Source: a virus. Taken from it: 64,000 nt of DNA. The position numbers and the translations under genes were made by a program. Positions 8,960-17,955 of the stretch are shown one piece after another; position 1 is the first letter of the stretch; each line of letters begins with the position of its first letter. The stretch spans positions 1 through 64,000 of the IMG/VR virus record IMGVR_UViG_3300045921_000463, one strand, 5' to 3'. Under the pieces are notes generated by a model. That model ran no database searches and was not told the DNA's origin. It worked only from the letters and a program-made list of their open reading frames with translations.

Positions 8960-9382
8960 TCAGGCTTGGGCATGCGGGGCATCCTTTGCCGCAATTACTC
9001 CCGCCGCGTCATCAAGAGCAAGAGCCTTGATCATGAGCACGGGATCGTAGACCTCCTGAGGAGTTTCCCATACTGCGTTGATGCGCTCCGCGTTCTTTCT
9101 GACCGTCGCAGCCAGTTCGTCGAGCGTCCTGCGATTGAAACGCTTGGCTGGGCGCAAAAGCATGTATCCGTCGCCACGCTGGCCCATCGTCCACGTTTTT
9201 ATGCCTCTTTCCACCTTGACGATGCTGGACGACAGGTAGTAACCGCGTTCCTTCTTCTTATAAGAGAAGTAGTTGACGCCGCCCTCGTCGTAGTAGACAG
9301 AAAGTTCACGAAAGATGTTTTCGCCTCGGTCAGATAAATGAAAGTTGGCAACATATATGCGACGATCCGCACGATAATCCAT
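8960..9382 (-). CDS. conserved phage hypothetical protein
   Basis: YYDEGGVNYF...RGYYLS motif; GGAGG RBS. Confidence 0.75.
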   Translation of the reverse strand: MDYRADRRIYVANFHLSDRGENIFRELSVYYDEGGVNYFSYKKKERGYYLSSSIVKVERGIKTWTMGQRGDGYMLLRPAKRFNRRTLDELAATVRKNAERINAVWETPQEVYDPVLMIKALALDDAAGVIAAKDAPHAQA

Positions 9383-9457
9383 TTGATGACCTCCGTTGTA
9401 GAGTTTTCGTAGAAATAAGGTAGCACCGCAACTACAACGACGCTACCCCCGAATGTC

Positions 9458-9895
9458 TTATCTCGGAACAAAAACGTGTCCTGTTTCGTTTTCCTCGCAA
9501 AACCTGATGAGCCTGCTGTAAGTGACGAAATCGGTATCTACTGTGCGAGAATCGACGATGTGCGAAAGCTGGTGCACGATCAACCTTACGGCAGGATCTT
9601 CACACTGACTCACGCCCTCGTCGATACATTCGAGACATGCATCTACCAGTGCCTTGGCAATAGCTACAGGATTGATAGCGCCGTCTTGGATTTCAAGGGC
9701 ATTTTCGAACCTGCGGGCTACGCGAACCCACTTGCCGTCCATTGGCAAACGGAGCGTCTTGGTATCTGCCTCGGTGAACACTGCTGCTGACTTGAAATCC
9801 GTCCAACCGTGTTCGTTAGACCAGAACTGCGATTCTGCCTTGTCGTCGTCGCACTTGTTGTTGGCGACACAACGGATAACGAAAGTCTTCTGCAT
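9458..9895 (-). CDS. hypothetical protein (two small domains)
   Basis: FWSNEHGW N-domain; GAINPVAI...DPAVRLIVHQL C-domain. Confidence 0.7.
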   Translation of the reverse strand: MQKTFVIRCVANNKCDDDKAESQFWSNEHGWTDFKSAAVFTEADTKTLRLPMDGKWVRVARRFENALEIQDGAINPVAIAKALVDACLECIDEGVSQCEDPAVRLIVHQLSHIVDSRTVDTDFVTYSRLIRFCEENETGHVFVPR

Positions 9896-9907
9896 GGTGT
9901 ATACCCT

Positions 9908-10159
9908 CTACACGCTCATGAAGCCGTAGTCGCTGGCGAATCCGACATATCCGCCAGTGTTGTTGGCGCGGAAGAACTCGGTGACAAGAAAGATCGCCGT
10001 CCAGCGACCCTCGGCATTGCGGCACTTGATGTAACGACAAGGAATCCTGTTGCCATCCGAGTAGTTGTCCAGACCAAGACGCGCGAGAGCCTTGTCCAGC
10101 GTATCCTCGCTGGCATAGCTCTTGCAGTTTTCAAGTGTGATGACGTGACTCGGTTTCAT
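9908..10159 (-). CDS. hypothetical protein
   Basis: 83-aa ORF with GGAGGAG RBS. Confidence 0.75.
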   Translation of the reverse strand: MKPSHVITLENCKSYASEDTLDKALARLGLDNYSDGNRIPCRYIKCRNAEGRWTAIFLVTEFFRANNTGGYVGFASDYGFMSV

Positions 10160-10203
10160 TGTGCTTGCTCCTCCGATTAGGGTGATTCGGTAACGTAGTT
10201 ATA

Positions 10204-10234
10204 GGATAGCGCGAACGACAAACCCGCGCTATCC
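10204..10234. terminator. Inverted repeat GGATAGCGCG/CGCGCTATCC adjacent to a TATAAC-type motif
   Basis: 10-bp perfect stem just after the stop of 10247..10867. Confidence 0.5.
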
Positions 10235-10246
10235 CGAAACGCCTCG

Positions 10247-10867
10247 TCAGGTATGAACGTGGCCATCACGCTCGATCACGAGCATCATGTTGCACCACGG
10301 TAACGTCACAGCGCCATCCATGCCGAACGTGGGCTGCACCAGAGAAGCAAACTGCTTCCACGTCATGCCCTGCTGATCGCACTTCCATTTGCGAAAGATC
10401 GCGGTTGCCTGTTCGTGAGTGACTTGCACCCCGTCGCTGGCGTCATGGCCGTGGCCGAACGTGACTTGCGGATAACATTCGTCGTCCAGCGCAAGAATGT
10501 CGTGCTTGTCACGCCAGATTTGCGGCGCGTTGCCGTCGTCGAAGATAAACACGGCAGGGGAGTGCGCCTTGATCGCTTCTTCAAGGTCGAGGTAGCATGC
10601 ACTGCTGCCGCGTTCGCCTGCGGGACCGTCGCTGATCTGCCATTCGGTATCTCCCACTATTCCTAAGTTTTCGGCGTGGGCTTCATCATCAGTGACCATG
10701 CCCTTTACGATGTAGTAAACGGGCAGGCTGGTCTGAGCCGACATAGCGGCCTTGGCCGCTTCCAGCGTCTCGATGATCTGGCTTTCGTAGCTGCTGGTAT
10801 ACATGCCAGTCGAAAGCATCTTGATGGCTTGCTGCACCAGTGCGGCAGGTCCGATTTTCTTGTCCAT
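10247..10867 (-). CDS. hypothetical protein
   Basis: 206-aa ORF with GGAG RBS; C-terminal WCNMMLVIERDGHVHT. Confidence 0.75.
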   Translation of the reverse strand: MDKKIGPAALVQQAIKMLSTGMYTSSYESQIIETLEAAKAAMSAQTSLPVYYIVKGMVTDDEAHAENLGIVGDTEWQISDGPAGERGSSACYLDLEEAIKAHSPAVFIFDDGNAPQIWRDKHDILALDDECYPQVTFGHGHDASDGVQVTHEQATAIFRKWKCDQQGMTWKQFASLVQPTFGMDGAVTLPWCNMMLVIERDGHVHT

Positions 10868-10938
10868 TGTAGGCTCCGTGGTTGCTATAACGAGTTATAG
10901 AATAGCGTGAGATTCAATCTCGGCGCAACCGAAATCCA

Positions 10939-11253
10939 TCAATCACGCCGCTTTGAACCTTTAAGTGTAGACATGTCAGTGACAACCATCAGCGGTCCTT
11001 TGTGATACGTTTGTGCGATTGGAAGGTCAGCAAAAAATACCTGTTTTCTTGCGAAACCGTTTCCTACCTTGTTGGAAAGCGGCGGAAGCTCCTGCTTGAC
11101 TGCGTGACGCTCTGCGTTCAGCGGATCAGGGGGAATGCCAACATGCTTGCTCTTGCGATCAGGGTCTATACCTTTACTACGCAAAAATGCGTCATGCGCT
11201 GCGCGAGCCTCGCGCAGCGACTTGGTGTTGGGTAGTCTGTAGCTGTTTCGCAT
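10939..11253 (-). CDS. hypothetical basic protein
   Basis: Start trimmed to MRNSYR; IAQTYHKGPLMVV motif. Confidence 0.65.
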   Translation of the reverse strand: MRNSYRLPNTKSLREARAAHDAFLRSKGIDPDRKSKHVGIPPDPLNAERHAVKQELPPLSNKVGNGFARKQVFFADLPIAQTYHKGPLMVVTDMSTLKGSKRRD

Positions 11254-11266
11254 CAAAGCCTCGCTT

Positions 11267-11647
11267 TCACGGATCACCCCATTCGACAGGAGGCAACTCG
11301 ACGTTGTACTTGCTGGCAATTTTGTGCATTTCCTCCTCGAAGGATTTTCTCCAAACGTCATATTTGGAAGCGTACTTGTCATGCGCGTCTTGCAACTCTT
11401 GGAGCAGACCGGCATATGGCACGAAGCGAGTTGGCAGCCTGCCAGTGATCCGCAGTTGATGAAGAGATGAACCCTCGAAAATTTCTGCTTCCTCGTCAGT
11501 CAGGAACAAGCCGACTGCGCACTTCGAGTTGTGGGGACCGCGATACATGCACCCCTCGTTGGGATTATAAGAAGGATACCCCTGTGCGTGGATTTCCTTC
11601 CAGACGGTGAGAATGAGGTTCTGTCCGGTCGTGGGTTCGAAACTCAT
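11267..11647 (-). CDS. hypothetical phage protein
   Basis: CMYRGP..KCAVG ... LQELQDAHD motif. Confidence 0.75.
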   Translation of the reverse strand: MSFEPTTGQNLILTVWKEIHAQGYPSYNPNEGCMYRGPHNSKCAVGLFLTDEEAEIFEGSSLHQLRITGRLPTRFVPYAGLLQELQDAHDKYASKYDVWRKSFEEEMHKIASKYNVELPPVEWGDP

Positions 11648-11946
11648 TATCGCCTCCTTGTCCGAGTTGCGTCATTGGAGAAGGAACCCACGACGACAAC
11701 GCCGCCGTGAGACCAAGTTCCGAGGTCGTGTGTCTGGAAGATTGCATACCAGTCAACGCCATCGAGGTTGTCGCCGAGAAACATTGTCGCGGCGACGTTA
11801 AGCAGAGTATGAGGCATACGCCAGTTGATGGCAAACCGAAGTTTCTCGTCATCGCGGAGATTCTTCATGCGCTCATGAACAGCAGCGGTTTTCGCCGCGT
11901 CCCAGCCCTCATTCACATGCAAAACGTTTGTATACGGTTTTGCCAT
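11647..11946 (-). CDS. hypothetical protein
   Basis: TAATG-coupled to the next gene; start uncertain. Confidence 0.6.
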   Translation of the reverse strand: MAKPYTNVLHVNEGWDAAKTAAVHERMKNLRDDEKLRFAINWRMPHTLLNVAATMFLGDNLDGVDWYAIFQTHDLGTWSHGGVVVVGSFSNDATRTRRR

Positions 11947-12340
11947 TGGACACTACTCCCAGCTTGACAAGATTGCCGAACGATTTGTTGAACTTGCGGC
12001 TGATCTGATCACACCAGCGAACGGCAAGATGTTCGTTGTGCTTCTTGGGAACCATCCAGATCGCAGCTACACCGCAGTATTCGGAGATTCCGAAATACAC
12101 GAGGTCGTTTTCGAGGTAAACCCTGTCCTCGCGCCCAAGCCACCTCTCGCGCGTTTCCCGCAGCGAAGGCCAAAGCTGCTTGGCATACTCCGTTACGCTG
12201 TCCGTATAGCACTCCCAATCCATGTGATCGGGTTCGCGGTAACGAACCTCACCGTCCTCGTCTTCGTAATTTGAATCTGTGAACCAGTCACAGAACGTCA
12301 CAAGGTATGCGTCGTGTGGGGTAGAGACAGATCGGCCCAT
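11909..12340 (-). CDS. conserved phage hypothetical protein
   Basis: MGRSVS start with GGAGG RBS; GISEYCG and SNG motifs. Confidence 0.75.
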   Translation of the reverse strand: MGRSVSTPHDAYLVTFCDWFTDSNYEDEDGEVRYREPDHMDWECYTDSVTEYAKQLWPSLRETRERWLGREDRVYLENDLVYFGISEYCGVAAIWMVPKKHNEHLAVRWCDQISRKFNKSFGNLVKLGVVSNGKTVYKRFACE

Positions 12341-12341
12341 G

Positions 12342-12548
12342 TTATCCTCCGTAGTATAGACGCTGTTCTTCGATGTGAAGATTCCACATTCTGTTGCGAT
12401 AGTAATCGCGCATCCTGACCAACCGCTTCGCGCGCGCGGTAAGGTAGCCGTGCTTTTCCAATTCCTGCTGCAACCTTCGTTCGCAGGAAAGAGAACATTT
12501 GGCAAAGCAAAGACGCTTGCGAGCGTATTCACGAGGGTCGATCTGCAT
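12342..12548 (-). CDS. hypothetical protein
   Basis: Start trimmed to MQIDP. Confidence 0.55.
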   Translation of the reverse strand: MQIDPREYARKRLCFAKCSLSCERRLQQELEKHGYLTARAKRLVRMRDYYRNRMWNLHIEEQRLYYGG

Positions 12549-12549
12549 G

Positions 12550-12699
12550 TCAGAAACCGAACGTGAAAAGGGTGTACTTGATGAAGAACCAGACAACCAT
12601 AATGAAGATCGGAGTCCAGAATGCCAGCTTGAAACAAGCGTCGATGAGTTCGAACAATACGAGCAAGACAGGTTTGTTGCGTTCCGGCTGTTCAGACAT
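12550..12699 (-). CDS. small membrane protein
   Basis: MSEQP start with GGAG RBS; hydrophobic C-half; directly downstream of a TATAAC motif. Confidence 0.6.
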   Translation of the reverse strand: MSEQPERNKPVLLVLFELIDACFKLAFWTPIFIMVVWFFIKYTLFTFGF

Positions 12700-12779
12700 G
12701 GTGTAGTGCTCCCGTGCGCTATAACGAGTTATAGGTGCAGCATAGCGCATCGAGAACATTGTGGAAAGCGAAAAAACCA

Positions 12780-13262
12780 TTAAAACAACGGCAATTTGCG
12801 CAACTTGGCTGTAACTTTTTGAAATTTCAAACTATTAATCGGAATCTGGTCAAACACCTTGCGGTAATTGTCGTGCAAGGTATAAGCGCAGTATGAGACA
12901 AAACTCGGCTCCGTGTCTATGTCGTGAATATTTTCTGTTCTTGCCCGCTCAAGCTCGGAAACCATTGCCATAACAAACTCGACAGCCCCTAAATCATGAC
13001 ACCACTTGTCCAGCACTTGCTTTCTGGCTGCCGCAATCTTGCGAACCATGACTTTGTTTGTTTCGCTGCTTCTGCTTTCGAGAAGTTCTTCTATTGCACG
13101 CTCAATCCATACAACTGCCGGTGCTTTGGAGCGTTTTACATTGAACGGCGCGACTACCGACGAATACAGGTAAACTTGTTGGAGGGCGTCAACGAGTGCG
13201 GCGAGTGCTCCTACCAGATTTCCTGCCTGTAGGTTCGACAGGTTCGACAACCTTTTTTTCAT
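12780..13262 (-). CDS. hypothetical protein
   Basis: 160-aa ORF. Confidence 0.65.
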   Translation of the reverse strand: MKKRLSNLSNLQAGNLVGALAALVDALQQVYLYSSVVAPFNVKRSKAPAVVWIERAIEELLESRSSETNKVMVRKIAAARKQVLDKWCHDLGAVEFVMAMVSELERARTENIHDIDTEPSFVSYCAYTLHDNYRKVFDQIPINSLKFQKVTAKLRKLPLF

Positions 13263-13707
13263 GCTTTGCCTCGCCTGCCTCGCCTGCCTCGCCTGCCTCG
13301 CCTGCCTCGCCTGCCTCGCCTGCCTCGCCTGCCTCGCCTGCCTCGCCTGCCTCGCCTGCCTCGCCTACGTTTCTGTTGTCAACACCATGTTTATAACTGA
13401 TTTCAGCAACAGTACCTTGTTCGGTCGAAGCGTCGAAAACGGCAGGTTCATTTACAATCTCCGGTTCATTTACAATCTCCGCAATCAATAAGGCAGCTTC
13501 GTTTTTGGAAGAAACGACCGCAACAGGACTTGTCGTCGAAACTGTCAAATCGAAGACGCCATGGCCGCAAACGACTGTTGGGGCACTGTTTTGGTCCAGA
13601 GCGGCAACTGTTGCGTAGGATAGTGTCTTGTCGTAAAAGCAAAACTCGCCGTTTGGCGTGGTGGTGCGCCAAAAGTCACGGAAATCTGTCACTAGAAATT
13701 TTGACAT
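13189..13707 (-). CDS. hypothetical protein with a (GEA)11 repeat
   Basis: Start MSKFLV with AAGGA RBS; EIVNEP duplication and GEA repeats. Confidence 0.65.
   Translation of the reverse strand: MSKFLVTDFRDFWRTTTPNGEFCFYDKTLSYATVAALDQNSAPTVVCGHGVFDLTVSTTSPVAVVSSKNEAALLIAEIVNEPEIVNEPAVFDASTEQGTVAEISYKHGVDNRNVGEAGEAGEAGEAGEAGEAGEAGEAGEAGEAGEAKHEKKVVEPVEPTGRKSGRSTRRTR
13268..13366. repeat. Perfect 9-bp tandem repeat (GCCTCGCCT)x11
   Basis: Read directly. Confidence 0.95.
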
Positions 13708-13727
13708 TTGCAGTTTTCCTTTCCGAG

Positions 13728-14204
13728 TCAGGTTGTTTTCTTTTTTCTGTGAGCAGATGCAGCTTCCAGCATGACAGAAGAGTCCAGAAGCTTCATGTTT
13801 GGTAACCCGATTATTTCTTCCTTCGTAAGAAAGCTGTGGCACATTAGTGAGCGAATAATAGGGTTAGGGTGATCCAGGATCAACACTTTGCTGCGTTTGT
13901 TAGCATGAAGGGATGTGATGGGTATCAGCCTTCCATTCGTGTGCGTTAGATGTGTAATAAGGAATCTTACTATAGCCGCGCTTATATTCCAAGAACCAGT
14001 TTCCATGTATTCCTTGTAGGAATCGTACTCCATGATGGACATGCCGGATTGCGGGTAGCGAAAATCCCGTACAAGACGTTCACGAAAAGCCTGAGGCCAG
14101 CGTACAACAGCCGTAGGTGTGCGCAATTCGTATGTCCTAGTTGCATGATCGTACCTGATATAGCGCGAAGTTTTGTCCAGCATTGTTCTTTTTCGGATTA
14201 CCAT
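13728..14204 (-). CDS. hypothetical protein
   Basis: Start MVIRKR with GGAGA RBS. Confidence 0.65.
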   Translation of the reverse strand: MVIRKRTMLDKTSRYIRYDHATRTYELRTPTAVVRWPQAFRERLVRDFRYPQSGMSIMEYDSYKEYMETGSWNISAAIVRFLITHLTHTNGRLIPITSLHANKRSKVLILDHPNPIIRSLMCHSFLTKEEIIGLPNMKLLDSSVMLEAASAHRKKKTT

Positions 14205-14220
14205 AATGTTTCTCCAAAAG

Positions 14221-14748
14221 TTAGAAACGGGGGTCATGCCGTTGTGCCAAGGCATTTCTGTATTGCCTTGTCCGCAGTATGGTTGAAACATCGAGGGCTA
14301 GTTTGCTCATGGCTAACAGAGCCGCAAGAGTAAGCGAATCGCTTGTTACCTGCGAAAGGACTGTACCGCTCTTTTCTCCAAGGAAGAAAGCCGTTCCTTT
14401 GTATAGATGCCGGTTGGATTTGTTGAAGGACACACCTGAAAATACCCTTATGTTTTCGTACCTCGGCAGCCAGACAGTTTTCAAGTAGCTGTACGAGTCC
14501 GAGTCGGGTTCCTGCATGAGCTTGGCCACGTCTATAGGTTCGTATAGCTGGTTATTAGGGATATTGGACTTAACCAGATATTCCTTGAACACACGATTTG
14601 CATGGAAAGAAAAGATCGGGTCTGTCAGGTTTTCGCAAGAATCGAAACTTTCGAATACATAAAGTGCCAACGTATCAACGACCATGTTTTTTTCGTCGAG
14701 CGCAAACCTTGTTTCGTACATTGGATACGTTCTCTGGTTCAGTACCAC
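14221..14748 (-). CDS. hypothetical protein
   Basis: ORF in a tight array; start may be 14721. Confidence 0.6.
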   Translation of the reverse strand: MVLNQRTYPMYETRFALDEKNMVVDTLALYVFESFDSCENLTDPIFSFHANRVFKEYLVKSNIPNNQLYEPIDVAKLMQEPDSDSYSYLKTVWLPRYENIRVFSGVSFNKSNRHLYKGTAFFLGEKSGTVLSQVTSDSLTLAALLAMSKLALDVSTILRTRQYRNALAQRHDPRF

Positions 14749-16124
14749 ATGAAATCAAGATGTTTCCATAGCCAAGGCACTTGGTTCCACTTTACTTTTT
14801 CCCACGGAATATCGCAAGTCTTGAACTGATGAAATGCAAAATAGCGCCACGCAACGCCCATATATGCTCCGCACCATCTGAAATCTATGTGTTCTTGTTT
14901 TGCTCCGGGCAAGAGTTCCGTTTTACCCCACATACGCATCAAGTGCTTGCCACGGTGATTGTGATTATCGAGAGCATATAGTGGTATAGGGCGGACGATC
15001 CCTAGCGGCGGCGCATAGGAAGGCTTTGGCTGGCCGTAGAGCCTTGTTAGGCGGGGGCTTAGGGTGTTGCTTGCGTCCGTGTAGGCTTCGCCCGTTAGCG
15101 CATCGCATAGGGCATTTAGTTCATGGTATCCGAAGTCGCCGACCGTCTGATAGCGACGCAATACAAGCGAATGAAGCCTGTATGCATAGTCCTCGTCGAA
15201 AATCCAGTGCCGTTTTACGCTCGTAAACGCACCCTCGGCATTTAACACATCTGTAAGAATGTTGAAAATCTGCACTTTGAGGTGCAAATGCCCCTTCGGG
15301 TGGCTGGATTTGTAAAGACCTTTTAGGCCATACTGTACCAGCTTTCTATTGCCTGAACATATGCCCTCTACAAGAGCCGAAGCAAGCTTGTCATTTTCAG
15401 TGAAAGGTATGATGTCGCTATGGCGAGCGACTGCGTAGGTGTAATTCGTGGCAAGCTCCTTGTAGCCGCGCATCTCGTCGAGAAAAATGGCAAGTCTCGG
15501 CGCAAGCTCCCACTTTTTCGGCATCTTGCAGAAAAGACGAACAGTAGACATTACCTCATCGTAGGATACGGAACGTCCCTTTTCTGCAAGTCGCAGAAGG
15601 CGAAGATACATGTCAAGATCGCGCGCTTCCTCGAACAGGATATTGAGCATGTAGCGAATAACACCATGCAAGCCGCGATGCGCGGCTACACTCAATGCCC
15701 AATACTGTGCTTCCTTATGGTCGCCGCGCCTTAGCTCCTTGTGAAAGGCGGAGACGCTTTCCCATATGATATACCGCTCTCCAAGTAACCTGTTATAGAC
15801 TAGTTGCAGCGACGGGTCTTTTGAAGATGCAAGAATTGAGGATGCCGCGCGCATCTTGTGCGCACACCACGAATTTGAAATCCATTTGCCTGAGGACCAG
15901 CGCCAGGCTTTGCCCTGTCTGCAAGTGCATTCGCCGGTATCGAAATTAACATAATACCTTACGTCATTGTTGCTAAGCGACACAACCTCGTGAACGCCAG
16001 CAAGCGCATGATGCGGGGTTTTGTACTTGGACGGGTCGGGGTAGTTGTCTTGCATAGGATAGCGGCTCGCTGTTGTCCGTTTTGGTGTATGATAACGCAC
16101 CGAAAACAGCATAACAAGCTGCAT
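14739..16124 (-). CDS. SWIM zinc finger fused to RarA/MgsA C-terminal-like helical domains (no ATPase)
   Basis: ECTC...WCAH SWIM motif; SAFHKELRRGD..A.YW resembles RarA SAFHKSVRGSD..AL.YW; IPLYALDNH. Confidence 0.65.
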   Translation of the reverse strand: MQLVMLFSVRYHTPKRTTASRYPMQDNYPDPSKYKTPHHALAGVHEVVSLSNNDVRYYVNFDTGECTCRQGKAWRWSSGKWISNSWCAHKMRAASSILASSKDPSLQLVYNRLLGERYIIWESVSAFHKELRRGDHKEAQYWALSVAAHRGLHGVIRYMLNILFEEARDLDMYLRLLRLAEKGRSVSYDEVMSTVRLFCKMPKKWELAPRLAIFLDEMRGYKELATNYTYAVARHSDIIPFTENDKLASALVEGICSGNRKLVQYGLKGLYKSSHPKGHLHLKVQIFNILTDVLNAEGAFTSVKRHWIFDEDYAYRLHSLVLRRYQTVGDFGYHELNALCDALTGEAYTDASNTLSPRLTRLYGQPKPSYAPPLGIVRPIPLYALDNHNHRGKHLMRMWGKTELLPGAKQEHIDFRWCGAYMGVAWRYFAFHQFKTCDIPWEKVKWNQVPWLWKHLDFMWY

Positions 16125-16669
16125 TATCCTATTCTTCTTACTCCAAACTTGTCAAAATCCAATAGCGTTGTTTGCTCGTATTGCCTTCGGTAATAGTCTT
16201 CCAATACGCGGCAACCATGGTCTATCAGTTCAAGACACGAGGTATAATCCTTGCGAATAGTCATGATTCCATTCGCTTCAAGATGCCTCAAAACGCTGTC
16301 TATGACAACAAGCTGAATACGCGACCAGTAGTATGCCCTATGGTTTCTTGATGTAGCAACCTGAAACGGATCAGGCAGTATGAAACGCCGCCAATAGGTT
16401 TTGGTTTTGTGCGACAACCCGTAGTGCCGCGCTACCTCATTGAGGTTATAAAGTTCAACCATGTAGCCGCCATTAACGGGAGTTAGTTCGGTGTAGCGTT
16501 TCCAGTGCTTTGAGGGCTTGAAGTCGAGGCCGACACGAAAAACGGTAGTCGTGCTGCTTTCCTTTACCGGAAGCGCACGAAGGCTCTTGTGAGGACGCCT
16601 CAGCTTATTGGGTAACTCTGGATCGAACCACCAGAGTTTTCTATTAGGCATTATACGTTTTTTCAGCAT
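16124..16669 (-). CDS. putative HTH (MerR-like) DNA-binding protein
   Basis: LYNLNEVARHYGLSHKTKTYWRR..LPDP pattern. Confidence 0.5.
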   Translation of the reverse strand: MLKKRIMPNRKLWWFDPELPNKLRRPHKSLRALPVKESSTTTVFRVGLDFKPSKHWKRYTELTPVNGGYMVELYNLNEVARHYGLSHKTKTYWRRFILPDPFQVATSRNHRAYYWSRIQLVVIDSVLRHLEANGIMTIRKDYTSCLELIDHGCRVLEDYYRRQYEQTTLLDFDKFGVRRIG

Positions 16670-16685
16670 TCGGCATAGCCCTGGT

Positions 16686-16718
16686 CAAAACAAAGGGCGC
16701 GGTTGTGCGCGCCCTTTG
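16686..16718 (-). terminator. Rho-independent terminator
   Basis: CAAAGGGCGCG/CGCGCCCTTTG stem followed by a T-rich tract on the minus strand. Confidence 0.75.
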
Positions 16719-16741
16719 TAACCGGTTATAGCAGAACCGTA

Positions 16742-17878
16742 TCAGGCCGCATCTTTTTCGGCTTTGACGATCTTTGCAGTAATCCGCTTCTGCTTGGTGG
16801 CGGAAGCCACGTGTTCTTCGGCCCACGCCATGATGATTCGAGCAAGGGCTTCTGCATCCGATTCGACGCCGTAGAGCTTCTTGGCTTCTGCAAGCGCCAA
16901 CTGCACAGCAGTTGCGTTTTCCTCGACCAGCTTGAAGTTGAGCGTGATCGTCTTGATCGCATTGCGACCGCCAGTGCGCTGCGCAACAGCACCGCTAGGA
17001 GTCCTGCCCGATTCGTCAACGTACTTGGTGACGAGAGAGGTCTTGAGTTCCTCGCGCGTCATGTTGCGGGCATCCTCAATGAGGTTTTCATAGTTGTCCT
17101 CGGTCACGTAACGCTGAATTTCACGGACCTTGGACCAGCCGATGTCGGACAGCTTGGACGGATCGAAGTTAGGGATCGCTGCAAACGTGGCGTACATCCG
17201 CGCAAGGTCGCCGCCTTTCGCTCCGCTGAAACCGAATTCGGCTTGGCAGAAGTCGTCCCACGCCGTTTCGCCTTCGTACTGGCCGCCATTCTCCTTGAGG
17301 TAGATGCCCTCGCGTTTGATGCGAGCCAGCAGACCACCGAGGTAGAAGAACGACTGCTCGATCTTGCCGAAGGTTGTCTCGGCAGCGGCGAGAAGATCGC
17401 CATTCGCCTGCTGGATGATGTCTTCCAGTTCGCCAACCGAAGGAATCGGCAGATAGTTGTCGTTCGCTTCTGCAAGCGCACGGCCCGTCAAAGCCTGCAC
17501 TTCCTGAACGGCAAGTTCCTGACCGTCGATGTTTTCATCGTCGGGATTTTCGAGGAACGCCACATAATCGGCAGCCCGGATGCACTCGTACTTCGGAGGC
17601 GAATCCTCGGTAGCCTCGTGCACTGCAACGATGACGAGAGTATCGCCTTTCTCGAAAATGCGATCCTCGTCCGGCGTTTCGTTGACATAGCCGGTAAACT
17701 TGACAAAGGTGTTTGCCGGAAGAATGACGATTTCCGAAACCTCTTTTGAAGTTTTTTCTTTCGCCGCAGTCGCTTTCTTGGCGCGCTGCTTGGTGGCGGT
17801 GTCGGAGGCAGCTTTTTCCTTGCTGCCAGCTTTACGAGTGGTGTCCTTGGGAATGACCTTGGGTTTGCGTGTTGCCAT
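16742..17878 (-). CDS. putative DNA-binding protein (basic N-tail, DUF3102-like core)
   Basis: FYLGGLLARIK...WDDFCQAEFGFS...LARMY; has its own promoter and terminator. Confidence 0.6.
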   Translation of the reverse strand: MATRKPKVIPKDTTRKAGSKEKAASDTATKQRAKKATAAKEKTSKEVSEIVILPANTFVKFTGYVNETPDEDRIFEKGDTLVIVAVHEATEDSPPKYECIRAADYVAFLENPDDENIDGQELAVQEVQALTGRALAEANDNYLPIPSVGELEDIIQQANGDLLAAAETTFGKIEQSFFYLGGLLARIKREGIYLKENGGQYEGETAWDDFCQAEFGFSGAKGGDLARMYATFAAIPNFDPSKLSDIGWSKVREIQRYVTEDNYENLIEDARNMTREELKTSLVTKYVDESGRTPSGAVAQRTGGRNAIKTITLNFKLVEENATAVQLALAEAKKLYGVESDAEALARIIMAWAEEHVASATKQKRITAKIVKAEKDAA

Positions 17879-17927
17879 TTCCGTATCCTTTCGCGGTATA
17901 GGCAGCGGTTAGCAGGTAGTGGCCGTG

Positions 17928-17955
17928 AGTATATGAATCGGTATCTTGTTGTCAA
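17928..17955 (-). promoter_or_regulatory. Sigma70-type promoter
   Basis: TTGACA-N16-TATACT upstream of 17878. Confidence 0.7.

Noticed and set aside
13196-13491. ORFs with (CLA)n and (SPA)n repeats
   Set aside because: These are alternative frames of the 9-bp microsatellite; the minus-strand GEA frame belongs to a gene with an RBS.
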